Source: an uncultured Planctomycetaceae bacterium
Lineage (GTDB): Bacteria > Planctomycetota > Planctomycetia > Planctomycetales > Planctomycetaceae
Direction: 5' to 3'
Assembly (NCBI GenBank): GCA_963815195.1
Contig: CAWFGE010000007.1
Location: forward strand, 224,001 to 288,000
DNA length: 64,000 bases
Below, piece after piece: positions 58,638-64,000 of the stretch. The translations under genes and the position numbers were made by a program. Position 1 is the first letter of the stretch; every line of letters begins with the position of its first letter. A model generated the notes under the pieces. The model was not told the DNA's origin. It saw nothing but the letters and a program-made list of their open reading frames with translations, and searched no databases.

Positions 58638-60395
58638 ATGAACATCTTCGGACGGCATCGTTGGCTCATCACATTTCTGTTGCTCCTCGGTCTTGCCTGC
58701 CACGGATGCAGCCGATCGGGATCTATCGAGGATCCCAACGTGGACGCGAAGCGGCCCGGTGACAAAAGCCCGCCGCCCGCGGCCGATCCCTGGTTTGTCG
58801 ATGCGACGAAAGAGTTGGGCTTGGACTTCGTTCACGATCCGGGACCGATCACGAAAGACTACTTCATGCCGCAGAGCATGGGCTCGGGGCTGGCGGTGTT
58901 CGACTTCGACGGCGACGGGAGGCTCGATCTGTATTTTCTGCAAAACGCCGGCCCGAAATCGTCCTCGAAGAACCGGCTCTATCGCCAGACCGCCGAAGGC
59001 CGTTTTGAGGATGTCAGCAAAGGCTCCGGGCTGGACGTGGCGGGGTACGGAATGGGTGTCGCTGCCGGCGATGTCAACAACGACGGCCGGCCCGATGTCT
59101 GCGTGGCGGAATACGGCCGCGTGCGGTTGTTCCTGAACGAGGGCGACGGCAAGTTCCGGGACGTGACGAAAGCGGCGGGAATCTCCAATCCGCAATGGGC
59201 TTCGGTCCCCGGCTTTCTGGATTACGACCGCGACGGGTTTCTCGATCTGGTGATTGTCAACTACATCGAATACGACCCCGCCTGGGATTGCAGCACAAAC
59301 AGCGGAAGGCCCGATTATTGCGCGCCGTACGCCTTCCAGGGCACGGCGAGCCAACTGTTTCATCACCTGGGACCGGGCGATGGCTCGGTGCGATTTGAGG
59401 ATGTGACGGTTTCCTCCGGCGTCGGCACGCGGGCCGGTCCGGGGCTGGGCGTGTTGTGCTCGGATTTCAACCGCGACGGCTGGATCGATATCTTCATCGG
59501 CAACGATGGCAAAGCCAATCACCTGTGGATCAACCGGCAAGACGGCACGTTCGCGGAAGAGGCGATCCTCAGCGGCCTCGCGTATAACGCCGAGGGAAAG
59601 GCCGAGGCCGACATGGGCATCGGCTGGGGCGATGCGAACGGCGACCTTTTGCCCGACCTGTTCGTGACGCACTTGACCGAGGAGACGCACACGTTTTGGG
59701 TCCAGGAAAGCCCGGGCGTCTTCCAAGACCGCACCGCCGCGTCGCATCTGACGGCTGCGGATTGGCATGCGACGGGGTTCGGGGCGACGATGCAGGATTT
59801 CGATCACGACGGGGCCTTGGATATCGCCTCGGTCAGCGGCCGGGTCTCGCAGAACCTGCGGGCGAAGGTCGATCCAAAGTTGGGATCGCATTGGAGCTTT
59901 TACGCCGAGCGAAACCAGTTGTTCGCGGGCGACGGCCGGGGACATTTCCGCGATGTGTCGCGGGCCAACCCGCCGTTTTGCGGAACGCCGAACGTCGCCC
60001 GCGGGCTGGCGTGGGGGGACATCGACGGCGACGGCGATGTGGATCTCGTCATCACGACCGCAGGCGGCAAAGCCCGCATCTTCCGCAACGTCGCCGCCTC
60101 GCGCGGGCATTGGCTGATCGTGCAAGCCCTCGATCCCCAGCTGCACCGCAATGCCTACGGAGCCGAGGTCACGATTGTGGCCGGTGAGCACCGCAAGATC
60201 GGGTACATCAATCCGGGTGGGAGTTTTGGCTCGAGCAGCGATCCGCGGGCCCATTTTGGTTTGGGAAACACAACTCGCATCGACCGCATCGAAGTTCGCT
60301 GGCCGGATGGGACGCTCGAAACCTTCCCCGGCGGCGAGGTCGATCGCATGATGACTTTGAAAGCAGGAACCGGCGATGTCGCGAAAACGGAATGA
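58638..60395 (+). CDS. CRTAC1-family FG-GAP/VCBS repeat protein with C-terminal ASPIC/UnbV domain
   Basis: Repeated DxDxDG motifs (DFDGDG, DVNNDG, DYDRDG, DFNRDG, DANGD, DFDHDG, DIDGDG). C-terminal AYGAEV...GGSFGSSSD.RAHFGLG...IEVRWPDG. Possible lipoprotein signal. Confidence 0.92.
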   Translation: MNIFGRHRWLITFLLLLGLACHGCSRSGSIEDPNVDAKRPGDKSPPPAADPWFVDATKELGLDFVHDPGPITKDYFMPQSMGSGLAVFDFDGDGRLDLYFLQNAGPKSSSKNRLYRQTAEGRFEDVSKGSGLDVAGYGMGVAAGDVNNDGRPDVCVAEYGRVRLFLNEGDGKFRDVTKAAGISNPQWASVPGFLDYDRDGFLDLVIVNYIEYDPAWDCSTNSGRPDYCAPYAFQGTASQLFHHLGPGDGSVRFEDVTVSSGVGTRAGPGLGVLCSDFNRDGWIDIFIGNDGKANHLWINRQDGTFAEEAILSGLAYNAEGKAEADMGIGWGDANGDLLPDLFVTHLTEETHTFWVQESPGVFQDRTAASHLTAADWHATGFGATMQDFDHDGALDIASVSGRVSQNLRAKVDPKLGSHWSFYAERNQLFAGDGRGHFRDVSRANPPFCGTPNVARGLAWGDIDGDGDVDLVITTAGGKARIFRNVAASRGHWLIVQALDPQLHRNAYGAEVTIVAGEHRKIGYINPGGSFGSSSDPRAHFGLGNTTRIDRIEVRWPDGTLETFPGGEVDRMMTLKAGTGDVAKTE

Positions 60396-61818
60396 GTCGG
60401 CAAACGAATCATCGATCGCGGTGACCGACGCCGAGGATCGCTCCGCATCAGCCGGTTCTCGGCGAAAGAGATTTCTCGTCGCGGGTCTGCTGCTGATCTT
60501 GGCGGCGGCCGCGGCGGGGGTTTGGTTCGGACGGAAATCTCCTCCGGCTCCGAGTCTTCCGGTGATTTCCCTGGAAGGCGCGGAACCGGCCGTGGTCGCA
60601 GCCATAAAGGCCGCGATGGAACAGGTTCGGCAACATCCCGAGTCGGCGGAAGATTGGGGCCGATTGGGGGAGGTGCTTCAGGTTCATGCTTACAAAGGTC
60701 CGTCGGATGTTTGCTATGCGGAGGCCGAGCGGCTCGATCCCGGCGATCCGCGCTGGCCCTATTTTCGAGGCGTGCATCGGGCCTTGGAAACGCCCGCGGA
60801 GGCGATCCCCTTTTTCCAAAAAGCCGCCGAACTGGCCCCGCCCGAAACCGAACAACGGACGACGGCGGAATTGCAATGGGCGGAATTGCTGCTCACACAG
60901 GGCCGCATTGATGAAGCGGAACAGGTGCTCAACGAAACACTCCAGGAAGGCCAGGGTCGCAACGCCCGGCTGCAATATGATCTCGGCCTTCTGAAAGTCG
61001 CCCGTGGCGAATGGCAAGCCTCTCACGCGCATTTTCTCGCCTGCGCCCAGTCGCCATTCGCCCGGAAGAAAGCCTGCACGCAAATGGCGTTTGTGTTTCG
61101 GCATCTGGGAGAGATGGACGCGGCTCGCCAGTTGGCCGCCCAAGCCGTGCGCTTCCCCGCGGATCAGGATTGGGCGGATCCGTACAAGGCCGAGTATCAA
61201 AAGCTGGCCGCGACATCGCTCAGCCGCAACACCGCCGCCGACCGGTTGGAGCAACAGGGCCAACTGCGGGAGGCTTTAGAGATTCGCCGGGACCAGGCGA
61301 GCCGCGTCGGCGATGCCCGGTCGTATCTCGCCTTGGGTTGGCTGTTAAGCCGGCTCGGAAAGCATGACGAAGCCCGCACCGCGCTGGAAAAGGCCATCAA
61401 GCTCGACCCCCAACAACCGCAGGCGCACTTTTATCTCAGCCGGGCGTTGTTCGCGGAAGCCGAAGCTTTGGAAGCCGACAAGAGACAACAGGAGAAAGCC
61501 TTGGATCGTTACCGGCAAGCGGCCGCGGCGGCGCAGCGGGCCACGGAACTCCGGCCCGATCATGGAGCGGCGTATCTCTATGAGGGCTGGGCACTGGAGC
61601 GGCTTTCCCGGCTCGATGAAGCCATCGAGGCCTTCCGCGTGGCCGCCAAATGCCGGCCCGAAATCGCCGACACGCACCTTTCCTTGGGAGAGGCCTTGGC
61701 GAAAGACGGCCGGACCGCAGAGGCCATCGAGCAATTGGAGCAGGCCGACCGCGTCTCCGTTCCAAACGACCACCGGGCCAAAGATGCCCTGGCGCGGCTG
61801 AGAGAAAACCACAAGTGA
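60376..61818 (+). CDS. Membrane-anchored tetratricopeptide repeat protein
   Basis: N-terminal TM and many TPR units (WGRLG, AERLDP.DPRWPY, KAIKLDP, RATELRP). Overlaps the CRTAC1 stop. Confidence 0.88.
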   Translation: MSRKRNESANESSIAVTDAEDRSASAGSRRKRFLVAGLLLILAAAAAGVWFGRKSPPAPSLPVISLEGAEPAVVAAIKAAMEQVRQHPESAEDWGRLGEVLQVHAYKGPSDVCYAEAERLDPGDPRWPYFRGVHRALETPAEAIPFFQKAAELAPPETEQRTTAELQWAELLLTQGRIDEAEQVLNETLQEGQGRNARLQYDLGLLKVARGEWQASHAHFLACAQSPFARKKACTQMAFVFRHLGEMDAARQLAAQAVRFPADQDWADPYKAEYQKLAATSLSRNTAADRLEQQGQLREALEIRRDQASRVGDARSYLALGWLLSRLGKHDEARTALEKAIKLDPQQPQAHFYLSRALFAEAEALEADKRQQEKALDRYRQAAAAAQRATELRPDHGAAYLYEGWALERLSRLDEAIEAFRVAAKCRPEIADTHLSLGEALAKDGRTAEAIEQLEQADRVSVPNDHRAKDALARLRENHK

Positions 61819-61847
61819 ATGATGTTGCACCTCGCGTCGGCGGGAAG

Positions 61848-63345
61848 TCAGCGTTCCACCCAGATCGGCGTGAGCCAGGCCCATTGGCCGTTGTGCTGGG
61901 CGACTTGCAAGCGGTAATCATCGCAGCCGCGGTCCGGTTCATCCGCGAGTTCCGCCTGCACCATGCATGCGGATAAGGGAACCAGCGGGCCGATTTTGAC
62001 AGCCTCCGTCAGCCAGCCGCGCAGATAATGCGACCGCCCGCCTTGGAGAAGCTCTTCCAGGGAATGCCGATAACGCTGGCCGCCGGCTTCGAGGAGGACG
62101 TGGGCCGACAACGGGGCATCGATCAACAAGCTTAACCTTTGCATGCGCCGCATGCCGCATGCTGGGATTGCCCGATGTAATCGACCGCCACGCAACCTGC
62201 CGATCGGTTCGTTCCGTGATTTCGTGCGGCAGATCGACATCGTCCGGCGACTCGCCCAGTTCGCCATCGCCCTTGGGTGCCACCACCGCCTGCCCGCTAA
62301 AACAGGACGTCGCCTCGGTGATCGTTCCTTCCGGCAGGCTAATGCGATTCTCCCAAGAGACGAGCCGATCCTTTCGGCCCCAACCCCAGGCGATGTTCAA
62401 CCGAAACGGACCGGCGGGTTCTGTCGCCGGCTCCGGAAAAAAACGCCCAATGACCCGGCCGTTTTTGAGGAGTTCGACTTTGTCGATGGAATCCATCCCC
62501 GCGACTTCGATCTTGAGATGCCGAGTGCCGGGATTGCGAACCGTCTCGCCGATCCAAGCCTCGTCGACAAACAGCCGGGCATCGATCGGGTCGCCGGTGG
62601 CCGCGAAGACCCGCCGAGCGAGAAACGCTTCCCACAACGATTCGCGGGTGAGTTCCTTGGCGAACACGCCCATCCGCCCGTCGCCGTGACTGCCGGGGTA
62701 GGCTCCGTGATGATCCGTCCCGCCGACGATGCCGAACCGGAATCCTCTGTTCCAGCCGGCCTCGGCCGTGGAATCGGCGTCCCGCGGACCCATGTCGTGG
62801 AGCATCGGAAAAGGCGAGCGCTCATCGACCGAACAGCCATGCAGAGAAAACACTTCCACGAACGGCGAACGCTCTTCGCGGTACTCGTCCCAGTTAATAC
62901 CCCGGTAACCCGCGGCATAGCCGATGTGATGCGGAATCGCGATCGCCTTCGCCCGCCGGCAAACCTCCCTGAGGCCCGGCAAATCGGGGGCATCCGCCAG
63001 CGGCAACTCCGGTCCCGCGGCATACACATTGTGATCGCCGAACCGCATCGAATGCCATTCGTAACTGGGCAGCGCGAGGAATTTTCCTTCCTGCGACGCC
63101 TCGGCTTCGGCTTTTAACAAGCGGTCCCAGTTCTTCGCCAGCGTGGCAAAACCCGCGGTGTGGTAATCGATGATGTCCGCATACTGCGCGCGGTCGGTGG
63201 GCATGTCGGGCCAGAACGCGTGGCCGGTGATCGAGCAGAAATCGAGCTGCTGCTTCGCCCGGAGCAAAGCCTGCTCCACGCTGCCGTGGCCGTAGCTGAT
63301 CGAGCAATGGCTGTGCAGATCGCCCCAAAACAATCGGTAGGACAT
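61848..63345 (-). CDS. DUF3604 / PHP-like metallohydrolase (frameshift near 62145)
   Basis: WGDLHSHC, SITGH, SYEW, GDHNV, AIPHH, EVFSLHG, GIVGGTDHH and LWEAF.ARRVFAATG. C-terminal YRLQVAQHNGQWAWLTPIWV lies in another frame. Confidence 0.8.
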
Positions 63346-63355
63346 GGCCACACCC

Positions 63356-64000
63356 CTATGACATCGCCGGTGCCGGCTCTTGGCTTTCGTCCCGAAACAG
63401 GGCGAACAGAATCACCGTGCAAACCCCCGCAATCGCGGCCGCGGTGTACCACATGCCCGTGTAGTTCACAACGCCGCCGTGCTTGAATTGATCTTGCAGC
63501 ACGCTGCTGAGATAGCCGCCCAAGATCGGCCCCACGCCGAGCATCACCAGCGTAAACGCCGTCTGCGCCGAATGCCGGGCATCCCGCGGGGCGATGCGGT
63601 CGATGTAGATGAAGGCCCCGGCGAACGAGCAGGCAAAACAAAACCCGTGCAAGAACTGGCTGGCAATGATGAACTCATGCGGCAGTTCCACGGTGCCGAA
63701 AATCAGAAACCGCAGACAATAACACGCCGCGCCGATGGAGAGCACCATGCGAAATCCCCACGCGGAGAGCATCTTCCCCAACAAGGCCATCACCACGATC
63801 TCGGCAAACTGCCCGATGGACATGGCCGGCAGGATCGAAGCATCGCTGAGCCCAAGCGCCTCTTTGAAAAAGTTGGAGGTCTGCAAAAAATACAGCTTGT
63901 GCGTCGCCGCGAGCAGCACGGACACAAACAGCAGCACGAGCATCGACGGCCGCGCGAAAACCTCCGCCACTTCCGACAAGGCGAACCGCTTCTGCGCGTT
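63356..64000 (-). CDS. MFS transporter, nucleoside:H+ symporter (NupG/XapB-like), 5' part outside window
   Basis: MSIGQFAEI, LHGFCFA, IYIDRIAP.DARHSAQ and regular TM helices. Confidence 0.82.
   Translation of the reverse strand, partial: NAQKRFALSEVAEVFARPSMLVLLFVSVLLAATHKLYFLQTSNFFKEALGLSDASILPAMSIGQFAEIVVMALLGKMLSAWGFRMVLSIGAACYCLRFLIFGTVELPHEFIIASQFLHGFCFACSFAGAFIYIDRIAPRDARHSAQTAFTLVMLGVGPILGGYLSSVLQDQFKHGGVVNYTGMWYTAAAIAGVCTVILFALFRDESQEPAPAMS

Noticed and set aside
55273..61818. Single operon from DUF1559 through HTTM, CRTAC1 and TPR
   Set aside because: A clear intrinsic terminator at 57005-57033 separates the lipoprotein from HTTM, so co-transcription is not supported. Functional linkage remains only a hypothesis.

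Overview
GC-rich bacterial chromosomal segment, almost certainly from a Planctomycete: it has two DUF1559 prepilin-like genes, two PSD1/DUF1549-DUF1553 cytochrome c + DUF1501 pairs, an ASPIC/UnbV-CRTAC1 gene and planctomycete-type lipoproteins. In order: (1) the end of a di-heme cytochrome c protein, a Tat-exported enolase-family enzyme, a decayed MqsA-like antitoxin and a secreted D-aminoacylase. (2) A ~19 kb cell-surface glycosylation cluster (4751-24122) with four GT2 enzymes, five GT-C-like membrane proteins, a GtrA flippase domain, methyltransferases and an uncharacterised exported protein. It surrounds a sigma-54 enhancer-binding protein, and four -24/-12 promoters are visible, one before the activator itself. 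(3) tRNA-Arg(CCG), a GntR regulator and two PSD1/DUF1501 modules. (4) An EF-G2 paralogue, thioesterase, spermidine-synthase-like membrane protein, hydrolases, HisA-like protein and aminotransferase. (5) Two DUF1559+lipoprotein cassettes around a Zn-ribbon pseudokinase and NarL-type regulator, followed by an HTTM (vitamin-K-dependent carboxylase-like)/CRTAC1/TPR unit, a PHP-like hydrolase and an MFS transporter. Intergenic regions hold several unrelated REP-like palindrome families, including a nested insertion and two tandem duplications that captured gene 3' ends. About ten single-base frameshifts, several at G runs, are probably long-read errors. No CRISPR array, transposase, integrase or rRNA was seen. 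Family calls come from motif recognition, not database searches.
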